Source: Candidatus Geocrenenecus huangii (lineage in GTDB: Archaea > Thermoproteota > Nitrososphaeria_A > Caldarchaeales > Wolframiiraptoraceae). Taken from it: a stretch of 64,000 nucleotides of DNA. Location: the NCBI GenBank assembly GCA_023254095.1, contig JALNLM010000003.1, forward strand, positions 32,001 to 96,000. The letters are read 5' to 3'. The notes under the pieces are model-generated. The model was not told the DNA's origin. It searched no databases and saw nothing but the letters and a program-made list of their open reading frames with translations. Of the stretch, positions 9,813-20,543 are shown in pieces. The stretch's first letter is position 1. Each line of letters starts with the position of its first letter. Position numbers and translations under genes: made by a program.

Positions 9813-10550
9813 TCAGCTCTTCTTATCTTTTATTAATGGTTGAAGCCTCGCTTGCAATACTTCAGAAGGCATCACAGTATACTTTCTAGTCTTAGCAGGT
9901 ATAGTTACCAGACGGGCTGTCCATCCTTCTTCAACTTTATCGATAGAATTAACTAATGCTTTCAAAGCTAGGTCTACAGCTTCTTCAAGAGTGATGCCCT
10001 TTTGATAATTGTTTTCTAGAAACTCTTTTACTTTATCTGCACCTCTACCTATGGCCCACGCATCATATTCTAGGACTAGACCGCTCGGCTCTGTGTAGAA
10101 TATTCTCGAACCTGTTTTATCTACTCCACCAAATAGTAATGCTGTGCCGAATGGTCTAACGCCTGCATGTTGTGTATACAACTGCATTACATCTCCTATA
10201 CGTTTAGCTATCGCCTCGACAGTAGGCTCCTCATCATATGAGAGTCTTATAACTTGAGCGTAAACCCTAGCATTGTCTATGAGTACACGTGCATCAGAGT
10301 TTAGCCCAGCAGCCGCAGCGCCTATATGTTCATCCACCTGGAAAAGCTTCCAAGAGAAGTTAGGGTTTTGAAGTCTAGTATGCATCCTCTCCTCAACCGT
10401 TAAGACAACTCCTTCATTACATAGTATAGCTATAGCTGTAGAGCCAGACCTAACAGTCTCGAGAGCATATTCCACCTGGTAGAGTCTACCCTGAGGTGAA
10501 AAAACTGTTATCGCTCTATCATATGCTCCTGCAATACCGAGTGCTGCCAA
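9813..10550 (-). CDS. psmA: Proteasome alpha subunit
   Basis: YDRAITVFSPQGRLYQVEYA, YTQHAGVRPFG. Confidence 0.97.
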   Translation of the reverse strand: MAALGIAGAYDRAITVFSPQGRLYQVEYALETVRSGSTAIAILCNEGVVLTVEERMHTRLQNPNFSWKLFQVDEHIGAAAAGLNSDARVLIDNARVYAQVIRLSYDEEPTVEAIAKRIGDVMQLYTQHAGVRPFGTALLFGGVDKTGSRIFYTEPSGLVLEYDAWAIGRGADKVKEFLENNYQKGITLEEAVDLALKALVNSIDKVEEGWTARLVTIPAKTRKYTVMPSEVLQARLQPLIKDKKS

Positions 10551-10760
10551 CTCTCTTCCACCCTAATCATATCAATTATTCTTACTTAATAAAATTTCCT
10601 AGCTCTATAAGAAGACCTAGAATCTACTTAAAGGCTTGTAACCGTCTCTCAACCAATTCATCGAGCATAACAAGTTATCCATCTCTAGATAGAATCGACA
10701 ACTTTTCAGTATTGCAATATTGCCTAAGTCTAAATATCAGGAAGTGGGAAAAGATCTTGG

Positions 10761-11000
10761 ATGGCTGAGATCCTTTATACTATATTAGGGTTGATAATAA
10801 TTTTAATAGGGTTAGCCTTAATCTTCTCGACGATAAGTCCTAGAAAAGCTAATGTAGAAAGCGGAGGATTCATACTTATCGGACCATTCCCAATATTCTT
10901 TAAAGGTAAAGGCTCTAGACCTCTACTCCTCTTATTCCTAGCCTTAACGATACTGATTTTCTCCTTGTTTGTTTTCCTAGGGATGGTTAGATATGTCTGA
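10761..11000 (+). CDS. DUF131 (TIGR00304-like) small membrane protein
   Basis: TM helix, GGFILIGPFPIFF motif, TM helix. Confidence 0.75.
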   Translation: MAEILYTILGLIIILIGLALIFSTISPRKANVESGGFILIGPFPIFFKGKGSRPLLLLFLALTILIFSLFVFLGMVRYV

Positions 11001-11268
11001 AGAATCTAGAATAGTTATTCCGAGAAGCATAATATTCCTTGTCGGAGGCTTTCTAGTAATAATCGGTTTAACTCTGGTCTTCCTAGGGTTAAGCCATGAA
11101 GCTAAAATTGGTGGTCTAGTATTGATAGGCCCAATACCATTCCTCTTCTACTCAGAGGAGCCATCATCTATAATAGCGATTTTAGCATTCTTTATCTTCT
11201 CCATAGTACTTATCTTGAGCATCTTCGTATACCTAGTTTTGAAAAGACTTACACCGGTAACAGAGTAA
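10993..11268 (+). CDS. DUF131-like small membrane protein (tandem paralog)
   Basis: GGLVLIGPIPFLF between TM helices; overlaps the previous gene by 8 nt. Confidence 0.72.
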   Translation: MSEESRIVIPRSIIFLVGGFLVIIGLTLVFLGLSHEAKIGGLVLIGPIPFLFYSEEPSSIIAILAFFIFSIVLILSIFVYLVLKRLTPVTE

Positions 11269-11306
11269 CCATTATATAGTAAGGGTAGGAGACTCTAGTC
11301 GGAAAG

Positions 11307-11519
11307 GTGAAGAAGTTGCCTTTCTGCAGAGAATGCGGCTCAAAGTTATTCTACGATAGGAATTCGAAAGAATATGTATGTAGAAGCTGTGGGCTAACTT
11401 ATACATTCCAAGACCTAGTAATAGAGTCAGAGAAAATGTTTGAAGAAAAGCTAAAAAGGGATGAGAAGCGGAGAACTAGAGAAGAATATTTAGAATGGTG
11501 GTTATCTAGGAAGAAGTGA
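11307..11519 (+). CDS. Small zinc-ribbon protein
   Basis: CRECG...CRSCG, charged helix and YLEWWL tail. Confidence 0.75.
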   Translation: MKKLPFCRECGSKLFYDRNSKEYVCRSCGLTYTFQDLVIESEKMFEEKLKRDEKRRTREEYLEWWLSRKK

Positions 11520-11815
11520 GAACCATGGAAATGATACTATTTGTTGAAAAAAGCAGATATAAAGAATTAGAAGAAAGATTACTTAAAGATGACGTAGTAT
11601 CTAGAAGTAATATAATCTTCCGAGTCTCTGAACCATTAAGAGAAGGAGGCTTCTACGCTAGGATAATCGGGTCAGAAGAGCAATGTGATAGAGCAAGGAA
11701 ACTCGCTGGAGAAATAGCTCAAGAAATCTTGGGAGAAGAAAAAGAAAAAGTTCTAAAAGCCATAAAAGAAGAAGATGAAAAAATGCTTTCAGGCTTCTCC
11801 GGAATATTCAAATAA
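11516..11815 (+). CDS. Hypothetical protein
   Basis: 99-aa ORF coupled to the upstream gene by a GTGA overlap; native-looking composition. Confidence 0.7.
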   Translation: MRTMEMILFVEKSRYKELEERLLKDDVVSRSNIIFRVSEPLREGGFYARIIGSEEQCDRARKLAGEIAQEILGEEKEKVLKAIKEEDEKMLSGFSGIFK

Positions 11816-12086
11816 AATAGAGAATAGTAGGCGTGGCCGCTGAGACTTAAATCCCACAACAGCAACTATGACTGGGCCGATATTGTTTAATGCTCGGCTA
11901 TCTTACTTTAAGGCCTATCGCATAATATGATAGCAGTAACTCCTCCGAGAACTGATTAGCCAGTTCCTTGATTAAGTCCTATATCCTCTATTATTTTTAG
12001 CACGATTTAAAAACAGTGTAAGAATTAAATAGCATCGTATCAATTATACTCAAAAGGAACTGGGCAGAAAAGGTGTTGTACCAGCG

Positions 12087-12848
12087 ATGTATACTATCTT
12101 CATAACCGGTACTGCAGGCTCAGGTAAGTCAACACTTGCAGGAGCTTTCAGCGATTGGTTAAGAAGTCAAGAACAATCAACTCTACTTGTGAATCTTGAC
12201 CCTGCAGTTTTAACATTACCTTATGAGCCTGACGTAGACGTTAGAGAAATGGTGGACTATGAGAGAGTGATGACGACGAGGAGACTAGGCCCGAACGCGG
12301 CCCTGATAGCAACGTTGAGAGAAGTAGCAAGACATATAGAGGAAGTAGCTGACGAAGTAAACTCACATGAGGTTGACTTCCTTATAGTTGACACTCCCGG
12401 GCAACTCGAATTGTTTGCATACAGGAAGGAGGGAAGAATATTTACAAAGTACATTGGAGAAGGTAGAAAGGTTATGTTGTTCCTACTGGATCCCATGTTC
12501 TGCGCAGTAACGAGAAACTTCGTGGCAAGCATGTTCCTAGCCTCATCGATATATTTAACATTCCAGCTACCGATGATACAGATACTCAACAAAATAGACG
12601 CTGTCCCTAAAAAGTACATTGATAGAATTGAAAGGTGGAGTGAATCACTAGAATCACTTATAGTAGATATAGAGAATAGGTCGAAGAACGTGTTAATGCA
12701 TTTATCGAGAGAGATTGCTCAATCAGTCTACGATATAGTCTCCAACATGCCTATAGTTCCTGTTTCATCCATAACGATGGAGGGATTTGCAGAACTCCAC
12801 GCAATTCTAACAAGAGTAGTTGGTGAAGGAGAAATAGAATTAAGGTGA
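12087..12848 (+). CDS. GPN-loop GTPase
   Basis: GTAGSGKST, NLDPA, LGPN, DTPGQLE, NKID. Confidence 0.94.
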   Translation: MYTIFITGTAGSGKSTLAGAFSDWLRSQEQSTLLVNLDPAVLTLPYEPDVDVREMVDYERVMTTRRLGPNAALIATLREVARHIEEVADEVNSHEVDFLIVDTPGQLELFAYRKEGRIFTKYIGEGRKVMLFLLDPMFCAVTRNFVASMFLASSIYLTFQLPMIQILNKIDAVPKKYIDRIERWSESLESLIVDIENRSKNVLMHLSREIAQSVYDIVSNMPIVPVSSITMEGFAELHAILTRVVGEGEIELR

Positions 12849-12852
12849 AAAC

Positions 12853-13722
12853 ATGAGCATAATAGAATTAGAGAATAAACTACATGAACTAAGAGAAAGG
12901 TTAAGAAGCTTAAACATAGAAATAAATGAAAAACAATCGGAAATCAATCAATACATCTCTAAAAGAGATAGCATACATGTAGAGATCAAGAATGCATCAC
13001 AAGAATTAAAAAAGCTAAATCAAGAACTAAGTGAATACAGGGAGAGAATAGGTAAACTTAGAGAGCAGCTTCAGGAAAAGAAGAAAATACTCGAAGAAAA
13101 AAGAATGTTGTACCTAGAGGTTAAGAAGGAGTTGAGAACGCTAAGAAGTGTGAAAGACAATGTGGAAGAGATCCAGGAAAGGCTTGAAAGGCTTGATTGG
13201 CTTCTTCAAACGAAGCCGTTGCCGAAAGATGATGAGAAGAGAATATCCGGTGAAGTCGAGAAACTCCAAAATGAGCTCCAGTTTGCAAAGAGGAAGAAGG
13301 AATACGCTTACAGGATTGAAGAACTAAGAATCGAAATAAAGAATCTCAAAGAAGAAATACAGAAGATCAGAGAGGAGATTGAGAAGAGTCGAGAAGAGGC
13401 ATCACCTAAACTACTAGAACCGAGAACCTCGTTAAGAGAGAAGATCAAGATGCTGAAAGAGAAAGCTGATCAGTGGCATAGCAAGTATCTAGAAGCAAAG
13501 AATAAACTGCAGATGCTTGAGGCTGAGAAGATACTGTTATCTTCACAGATAGTAGAATTGCAGAACATTATACGGAAATATCGGGAAGAAGAAAATTCTA
13601 AGAAGGTACTAGAGCTAAAGGAGAAACTTAAAAACCAGGCTAAGGCCAAGCTGAACTCTGGAAAAAAGCTAACATTCGAAGAATTGAAGATCTTGGTAGA
13701 AGATGATGAATGGAAAGCCTAG
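12853..13722 (+). CDS. Archaeal coiled-coil protein (COG1340-like)
   Basis: Continuous heptads, LQTKPL...E motif, C-terminal GKKLTFEEL. Confidence 0.8.
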   Translation: MSIIELENKLHELRERLRSLNIEINEKQSEINQYISKRDSIHVEIKNASQELKKLNQELSEYRERIGKLREQLQEKKKILEEKRMLYLEVKKELRTLRSVKDNVEEIQERLERLDWLLQTKPLPKDDEKRISGEVEKLQNELQFAKRKKEYAYRIEELRIEIKNLKEEIQKIREEIEKSREEASPKLLEPRTSLREKIKMLKEKADQWHSKYLEAKNKLQMLEAEKILLSSQIVELQNIIRKYREEENSKKVLELKEKLKNQAKAKLNSGKKLTFEELKILVEDDEWKA

Positions 13723-13785
13723 TGTAGTAGGTTTGATACGATATACTTATCTGAAACCATGCAGTATAACCTATAGACAAGCCAG

Positions 13786-14979
13786 ATGACATTAGAACGT
13801 AAGAGACTCCTCGTATTGGTAGTTGACCGTGATGATGATCTCAAGAGAAAGACAGGCATATCAACCCCTCTTCTAGGATATGACCAGAATCTCCAAGCAG
13901 CTCAAATGCTAGCACTAAGCGATCCAGAAGAAGCAGATGTGAACGCAATGTTCGGTGCTCTCAGAGTCTACAAAGAACTAGCCGAGAAAATCGGCGAGGA
14001 GAATGTGCAGGTTGCCACTCTTGCAGGAGCGGAAAGTGAAGGCCTTGAGGCAGATGAAAAGATACTCCATGAACTTGAGGAGGTTTTAAAAATATTCAAA
14101 GCAGACGGAATAGTGTTTGTAAGTGATGGTGTAACGGATGAATACGTCATACCGATAATATCCTCCCGCGTCCCCATAATATCCGTTAAGAGATTAGTTG
14201 TTAGGCAAAGTGAGTCTGTGGAAAGAACATGGCTTCTCCTAGGAAGATACCTTAGGCTAGCTTTTACAGAGCCTAGGTACGCTAAGATATTTCTTGGAGT
14301 GCCGGGGCTGATACTGACCATCTCAGGCGTTCTCTACCTTCTAAACATTATTTCATTACCGTTGATATTGACGGCCATAGGCTTGATCTTAATCTTTAGA
14401 GGATTCAACCTAGATCAGAAGACAATAGGAGTCTATAAATGGTTTATCAACTTATTCAGGATGCCACCCTACAGACAGCTTAGAGCATTCGCTGCATTCG
14501 TTTCATTAATCTTACTATTGGCTGGACTATACATCGGATACGTTTCAGCGATAAACACTCTTACTACTGTCTATCCTAATCCTCCAGACCCCTCACTCTA
14601 TACGTGGTGGTGGATTGACAAGATCCCATTACTAACAGGAGCCTTCATAATAAGTAGCATAGATATAATCTCAGTGGGAATACTGATATCGATATTCTCC
14701 AATACGATATACTACCTGTTCATAAGAGAGCAGAGATTCTGGAGTACAATTAGGTCGATTATTTTAGCGATCTGGATGTGGGCTCTCTTGAAGAGGACGG
14801 GGGTATTGATTATTTCAACGATTCTTGGTCCACTAGAAGAATTACAGATTAATTTGTTGATACTGGTTGCAGTCCTAGGAGTAGTCACGATGGTGGTGAC
14901 GTTAATAGTTACTAGGATATTGAGAAACATATATTCTGACTACTTTAAGCCGAGGAAGAAAGAAAGTTCTGAAGAATAG
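13786..14979 (+). CDS. DUF373 family membrane protein
   Basis: LVLVVDRDDD, DPEEADVNAMF, VSDGxxDE, VVRQS, then a multi-TM C-terminus. Confidence 0.88.
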   Translation: MTLERKRLLVLVVDRDDDLKRKTGISTPLLGYDQNLQAAQMLALSDPEEADVNAMFGALRVYKELAEKIGEENVQVATLAGAESEGLEADEKILHELEEVLKIFKADGIVFVSDGVTDEYVIPIISSRVPIISVKRLVVRQSESVERTWLLLGRYLRLAFTEPRYAKIFLGVPGLILTISGVLYLLNIISLPLILTAIGLILIFRGFNLDQKTIGVYKWFINLFRMPPYRQLRAFAAFVSLILLLAGLYIGYVSAINTLTTVYPNPPDPSLYTWWWIDKIPLLTGAFIISSIDIISVGILISIFSNTIYYLFIREQRFWSTIRSIILAIWMWALLKRTGVLIISTILGPLEELQINLLILVAVLGVVTMVVTLIVTRILRNIYSDYFKPRKKESSEE

Positions 14980-15057
14980 AATCCGGTAATACACAATCTC
15001 TAGGAAAATAGAATAGTTTAGAGATAAATTAAAGGAGCACACATTATACTTGATGTA

Positions 15058-15846
15058 ATGAGCCTACTTAGAGCAGCTTTAAGAATATTCGGGGTTTACA
15101 AATTATATGAGAAATGGTTACATGAGAGTATAAAGAATGGTGAGATACCATCTCACGTTGCAATAATCCTCGACGGAAATAGGAGATGGGCTTTAGAGAA
15201 AGGATACAATGCATGGATAGGGCATAGATTCGGAGCAGAGAAAGTCGATGAGTTATTAGACTGGTGTCTAGAGCTAGGCATCAAGATAATAACGCTGTAT
15301 GTTTTTTCTACTGAAAACTTTAAACGTCCTAGGAGAGAGGTGAAAGAGCTTTTCCAATTATTGAAAGAAAAAGGTTTACAGTATCTTAGAGATGAAAGAA
15401 TACATAAACACCATGTTAGAATTAAGGTTATCGGAAGAAAAGACCTAATTCCACAAGATGTAAGAGAAGTATTAGAGAAGATCGAAGAAGCAACACAGAA
15501 TTATTCTAACTTCTTCGTAAATATAGCGATAGCGTACGGCGGGAGAGCAGAGATAGTAGATGCTACTAGAAGCATCGTAAGTAAAGTTCTAAGAGGAGAA
15601 TTAAACATAGAAGATATAGATGAAAAAATCATCGAGAAACATCTCTACACAGCTGATCTCCCCAAAAATGATCCAGACTTGATAATTAGGACCTCGGGGG
15701 AAGAGAGGATAAGCAACTTTCTACTATGGCAATGTGCTTATAGCGAGCTAGTCTTTCTAGATGTTTACTGGCCCGAGTTCAGGAAGATAGACCTTATGCG
15801 AGCGATAAGAATATACCAGAAGAGGCAGAGGAGGCTTGGAGCTTAA
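15058..15846 (+). CDS. uppS: cis-prenyltransferase (polyprenyl diphosphate synthase)
   Basis: HVAIILDGNRRWA, FSTENFKR, YGGRAEI, IIRTSGEERISNFLLWQ. Confidence 0.97.
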   Translation: MSLLRAALRIFGVYKLYEKWLHESIKNGEIPSHVAIILDGNRRWALEKGYNAWIGHRFGAEKVDELLDWCLELGIKIITLYVFSTENFKRPRREVKELFQLLKEKGLQYLRDERIHKHHVRIKVIGRKDLIPQDVREVLEKIEEATQNYSNFFVNIAIAYGGRAEIVDATRSIVSKVLRGELNIEDIDEKIIEKHLYTADLPKNDPDLIIRTSGEERISNFLLWQCAYSELVFLDVYWPEFRKIDLMRAIRIYQKRQRRLGA

Positions 15847-16904
15847 GCGATAGCTAACTCGTACGGATGTGAAGTAAGCTTCACTACGCTATCTCTACCC
15901 ACTATGATCGTATCCTCTATACGTATGCCAAATCTTTTAGGAACATATATCCCGGGCTCGATGGTTATCACATTATTTTCTTGGAGTATTTCTTGGCTTA
16001 CAGGGTTGATTCTCGGTGGCTCATGGATGTCTATCCCTATACCGTGGCCAAGACCATGAACGAAATAATCGCCGTACCCTTTACTGGTTATCATTGTTCT
16101 AGCAACCTCATCAAGCGAAGAGGCGAGAATCCACGACTTCGTGTTTTCTTCAACCATATTCTTTGTATCAAGAACTAGATTGTATATGCTTAATATTTCG
16201 GAGGGCGGGTTGGAGCCGACATAGAATGTTCTCGTCATATCTGCACAGTATCCTTGATATGATGAGCCGATATCTACTACAACTATGTCTCCGTCCCTGA
16301 TCGTTCTATCCCCTAACCCACCATGCGGGAACGATGACTTCTCACCTGAGGCGACGATGATGTCGAAGGCTGGTTTATCAGCTCCCGAATTTATCATTTC
16401 TTCGAGTATCTCTGCCTTAATTTCTGACTCTCTAACACCATCACTGATGATCTCGGAAGCCAGCTCCATGCACCTAGAAGTTATCCCTGCAGCTTTCGTG
16501 ATCCTCGCTATCTCTTCCTGATCCTTTATGCTTCGAAGTCTCCAGATGATGTCGGGAGAAGCTTCCAATGATTCAACATTTTCTCTAAGCTTGAGATAAT
16601 GCTCAATTTCTAGCCTATCGAATCCCATCTTCTTCTTTAGTGAGGTTGGTAGACCGAGGACTATGTCGGCTACGCTAGACGTAATCTTCATTCTAGTAAC
16701 TTCAACCCCCTGTGTACAGTATGTTTGAGCAGCTTCATAATCGATAGGATAAACATAGAGTCTTGAGACTTCGTTAAGAGAGGTAACAAGGTATCCTGAA
16801 CACATGAACCCTGTAAAATAGAATATGTTGGCAGGCGAAGTTAATACAAAAGAAGTAAAACCTAATTCCTCCATCAAGGCTTGAAGCTTCTCCAGCCTCT
16901 CCAT
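15843..16904 (-). CDS. Xaa-Pro aminopeptidase/prolidase (M24B)
   Basis: VDIG...YCADMTRT, HGLGHGIG..IHE, TIEPGIY, GIRIED. Confidence 0.94.
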   Translation of the reverse strand: MERLEKLQALMEELGFTSFVLTSPANIFYFTGFMCSGYLVTSLNEVSRLYVYPIDYEAAQTYCTQGVEVTRMKITSSVADIVLGLPTSLKKKMGFDRLEIEHYLKLRENVESLEASPDIIWRLRSIKDQEEIARITKAAGITSRCMELASEIISDGVRESEIKAEILEEMINSGADKPAFDIIVASGEKSSFPHGGLGDRTIRDGDIVVVDIGSSYQGYCADMTRTFYVGSNPPSEILSIYNLVLDTKNMVEENTKSWILASSLDEVARTMITSKGYGDYFVHGLGHGIGIDIHEPPRINPVSQEILQENNVITIEPGIYVPKRFGIRIEDTIIVGRDSVVKLTSHPYELAIA

Positions 16905-17135
16905 GAAGACTCAACTCTAGGAAAAAATTAGCTAAATCACTAAATATATTTATTGGATACATTATCTTTCAGACCTCAGCAGGTACAAGAATCATGTGGG
17001 TAAACTATTCAGCCTACTATCTGATACATGGTCTGATGTCTATCGGTAAGACTCTTTGTTTCCCATCGTATTATTAAGTAGGGGTTCATCTAATATATAT
17101 TAATAAGTCTTTAGTTTCCTCCATACCAGCAGAGA

Positions 17136-20100
17136 ATGGTTTATATTAAGAAATTAACAATCCAAGGGTTTAAATCGTTCGGCTCTAAGAAGAATTCTAT
17201 AGATTTTGAGAAAGGCTTAGTCGTAATAACTGGACCTAATGGAGGAGGAAAATCAAATATACTTGATGCTATAAGATTTGCTCTAGGAGAACTTAGCGCA
17301 CATAATTTAAGAGTAGGAAAGATGTCTGAACTAGTATATGATGATGCTTCAACCAGCATAGCTAAAGTTTCTCTAACGTTAGATAATTCTGAAAGGATAC
17401 TTCCAGTAGATTCCCCTGAAGTAACTATAACGAGAAGACTCGACAGGAATGGGGAAAGCGAATATCTTCTCAACGGTAGACAGGCATCCAGAGCTGAGAT
17501 ACTAACTATACTCTCCATGGCGAATATAAAGCCTACCAGCTTCAACATCGTGCCCCAAGGCTCAGTGACATCGATCGCTGAAATGAGTAACATAGAGTTA
17601 AGGAAGATGCTTGAAGACATTTCAGGAATAGGAGAATATGATAAGAAGAAGCAGGAAGCAGAAGAACATCTGCAAATAGCTGAGAAGAACATTGCAATAG
17701 CTAAAGCGGGGACAACAGAAGTTAAATCAAGAGTAAACCAACTTCAGAGAGAGAGGAACGAAGCTTACAGGAGGAGACAGATAGAAGATATACTTTCCGC
17801 CATAAGATTAGCTAAATTGAGGAGTACTGAGTCAACATTGAAGAAAGAATTGATAGAGCTAGATGCTGAGTTGATGAAACTTGAAGAAGAAATAACGAAA
17901 ATACAAGATAGTCGAGAACAGTATGCAAGAGAGCTTAGCGCAGCAGAAGAAGAATGGACAAGGTACACTAGAGAAATCTCTGAGCTTGAAGAAAAGATGA
18001 GGGGGGCAGAGAAGATTCGTGAAGAACTTAGACTAAGAGAAATATCTTTAACATCGGAAAAATCAACTACAATCGAAAGGCTGAGAAATATCGATATTGA
18101 GTTAACCAACCTAAAGAACTCGCTAGAAGAAAGCTCAAACCTTAAAGAGAACATCATACAAACAATAGCCAAAGAGAAAACAAAGCATGATTCCATAAAA
18201 GAAGACTTCTCTAACATAGTGGGAATACTTGAAGAACGTAAAAAGAAACTGGACCTTCTAAAAATCCAACTGAATAATCTTGAGAGAGATCTCGAAGAAG
18301 CAATTTCGAGAAAGAATAGATTAGAGAAAGACATCGAGTTGACTAAAGTCAGGATAGCTGAAGTCGAGAAGAAGATCACTTCAATAGAAGAAGAATCTAC
18401 AAAGATTTTGAACATTATTACAGAAGGTATTCAGGAGATCACGAAAATGCAGCATAGCTATAGAAAACGTGTAGATGAGTTACAAAAACTTGAAGAAACA
18501 TTAGAACATCTAAATCGAGAATATGTTAGACTGAGGAATAAATTATTGAAGGCCCAGGAGATTGAGAAGAATCTATCAAGAATAATCCAGACGATAGGCT
18601 CCATGGGGCTGATAGGAAAGAGGAGTTTAGAAGAAAAGGTCAAGGATGCGTTAGGAGAGGTTAAAGAGGTCTACGGAATATTGAGAGATTGGGTAGATGT
18701 AGAAGATTACAGGATGTTGATTAGACTTGAGGCTGGAACTTCTGGATGGATACATTCTCTCGTTGTCGGTAATTGGATGACGGGGATACAGTTAGCTGAA
18801 ATCTTCCATAAATCAGGATTAAAGATAAAGATCCTCCCTCTCGAAATGGTTAAAAAAGGAAATAACTTGAAATTTAAAGGAATTAAACCTAAAGCGAAAT
18901 GGGCTGAAGAGGTACTAAGCCATCTTCTAAAGAATATATCATTCAAGAATGTAGTCGAGCTCCCCCGCAATCCCAATACCGTAATAGTTGACAGTAGAGG
19001 GATTGTATCTTATCCAGATGGGAGAATAGAAGTTTCTAGCACGGTATTCGATCAGAACATCATACAGTTAGAACATGAATACAATGAGTCAATAAAGATC
19101 TTAAATCAGGTTAGAGCAAGGATCGAGGAGATACAAAACCTTCTCTATACCACAGAATTAGAGAAGAATCGAACATATGATGAGAAAGGCAAAATTAATC
19201 TAGAAAAAGAGCTTGAAGAAAGAGCACTAAAGAAGCTTCGAGAAGAAATATTCGAGAACTTCATAAAGTTCGCACACCTTCATGTAGAGAGGATTAAGCT
19301 AAAGAAAGAATTGTTGAATGATAAGCTGATGCTAGAGGAACATGTTAAGAATCTAGAGAGATTAAAGCAGATAGATGGATCCGAGATCCAGCTTCTAAAA
19401 GAGGATATTAAAAAGAATGAAGAAGAATTCCTTAATCTCTCGGCTAAACGTAAAGAGCTCGAATTAGAACTTCGTGAATCCTCCCGCTTAATTCAAGAAT
19501 ACAATAGAGAGTTTCAGAGACTTGAGGCTCAGATCGAAAAAACGAAGTTGAAGATTGAGGAGAAGAAGAAAGAGAAAGAAGAGTTGGAGAAGAAGCTTGA
19601 GCATATTCTGACGCAACACAACACAGTTCAGGCTGAGCATGAAAAACATAACCAAGAACTAAATAACTTGATAATGGGCATACAGCAGAGAAAGAATGAA
19701 ATAGAAAAACATTCATCACGTATCTCAAATATGAGGAGCGAGCTCAGACTTCTCGATTCAAGGCTTCAAGAACTAACTAATAAGAGGCTGAGCATAGCCG
19801 TAAGGAGAAGCCAACAAGAAACAGAATTAAAGAAGATTCGAGAAGAACTAGATTCTCTACCAGTATTGGATTCTCCTGAAATCCCCGTAGAGATGGCCGG
19901 TGAACTCGAAAATGAATTAATCGAAGAATTAAGGGAACTAGATAAGATTAATCAACTTGCACCACAACAATACGAAGAGCTCATTGGAAACTACAAGCTG
20001 AGGTCGCAGAGGATTAGAGAACTCGAAGAAGAGAGGGACGAGATATTCAGATTCATCAACTGGATAGAGAGTGAGAAGAGGAAAGTATTCATGAATACCT

Positions 20101-20543
20101 TCAACAAGGTCTCAGAAAGCTTCGAAAGATTTTTCTCTATCTTGACCGGGGGTCAAGCTTGGCTTAAATTAGAAGACTTCGATAACCCCTTTAGTAAAGG
20201 AGTAGAGATGATCCTACGATTTCCTGGAAAATCAGCGAGGTCTGCTAGAAGTGCTAGTGGAGGAGAGAAATCCGTCGCTGCCGTAGCTTTACTCTTAGCT
20301 CTCCAAGGATTAACGCCTGCGGAATTCTACGTCTTCGATGAAGTAGATGCACATATGGATATCAATTATAGTACTAGGTTGGCTGAGCTATTCGAGGAAA
20401 TGTCTAGGAAGACTCAGATAATAGTTATTAGCTTGAAAGATGTAATTGCAGAGAAAGCAGAGCAGCTGATCGGAGTGTATAATAGGGGCGGAGAATCTAG
20501 AATTGTCAAGATGAATGTTAATGAGGTTGTAGGCTATGAGTGA
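17136..20543 (+). CDS. smc: Chromosome segregation ATPase SMC
   Basis: GFKSF, GPNGGGKSN, VPQG, two long coiled coils around a hinge, SGGEKS, FDEVDAHMD. Confidence 0.96.
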   Translation: MVYIKKLTIQGFKSFGSKKNSIDFEKGLVVITGPNGGGKSNILDAIRFALGELSAHNLRVGKMSELVYDDASTSIAKVSLTLDNSERILPVDSPEVTITRRLDRNGESEYLLNGRQASRAEILTILSMANIKPTSFNIVPQGSVTSIAEMSNIELRKMLEDISGIGEYDKKKQEAEEHLQIAEKNIAIAKAGTTEVKSRVNQLQRERNEAYRRRQIEDILSAIRLAKLRSTESTLKKELIELDAELMKLEEEITKIQDSREQYARELSAAEEEWTRYTREISELEEKMRGAEKIREELRLREISLTSEKSTTIERLRNIDIELTNLKNSLEESSNLKENIIQTIAKEKTKHDSIKEDFSNIVGILEERKKKLDLLKIQLNNLERDLEEAISRKNRLEKDIELTKVRIAEVEKKITSIEEESTKILNIITEGIQEITKMQHSYRKRVDELQKLEETLEHLNREYVRLRNKLLKAQEIEKNLSRIIQTIGSMGLIGKRSLEEKVKDALGEVKEVYGILRDWVDVEDYRMLIRLEAGTSGWIHSLVVGNWMTGIQLAEIFHKSGLKIKILPLEMVKKGNNLKFKGIKPKAKWAEEVLSHLLKNISFKNVVELPRNPNTVIVDSRGIVSYPDGRIEVSSTVFDQNIIQLEHEYNESIKILNQVRARIEEIQNLLYTTELEKNRTYDEKGKINLEKELEERALKKLREEIFENFIKFAHLHVERIKLKKELLNDKLMLEEHVKNLERLKQIDGSEIQLLKEDIKKNEEEFLNLSAKRKELELELRESSRLIQEYNREFQRLEAQIEKTKLKIEEKKKEKEELEKKLEHILTQHNTVQAEHEKHNQELNNLIMGIQQRKNEIEKHSSRISNMRSELRLLDSRLQELTNKRLSIAVRRSQQETELKKIREELDSLPVLDSPEIPVEMAGELENELIEELRELDKINQLAPQQYEELIGNYKLRSQRIRELEEERDEIFRFINWIESEKRKVFMNTFNKVSESFERFFSILTGGQAWLKLEDFDNPFSKGVEMILRFPGKSARSARSASGGEKSVAAVALLLALQGLTPAEFYVFDEVDAHMDINYSTRLAELFEEMSRKTQIIVISLKDVIAEKAEQLIGVYNRGGESRIVKMNVNEVVGYE

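Noticed and set aside
12853-13722. Coiled-coil protein next to a GTPase as a novel cytoskeletal or defence system
   Set aside because: It matches a widespread archaeal housekeeping neighbourhood (GPN GTPase, COG1340-like, DUF373, uppS).
16965-17035. Possible C/D-box sRNA (CTGA boxes, ATGATT) upstream of smc
   Set aside because: No convincing RTGATGA C box or C/D'/C'/D spacing.
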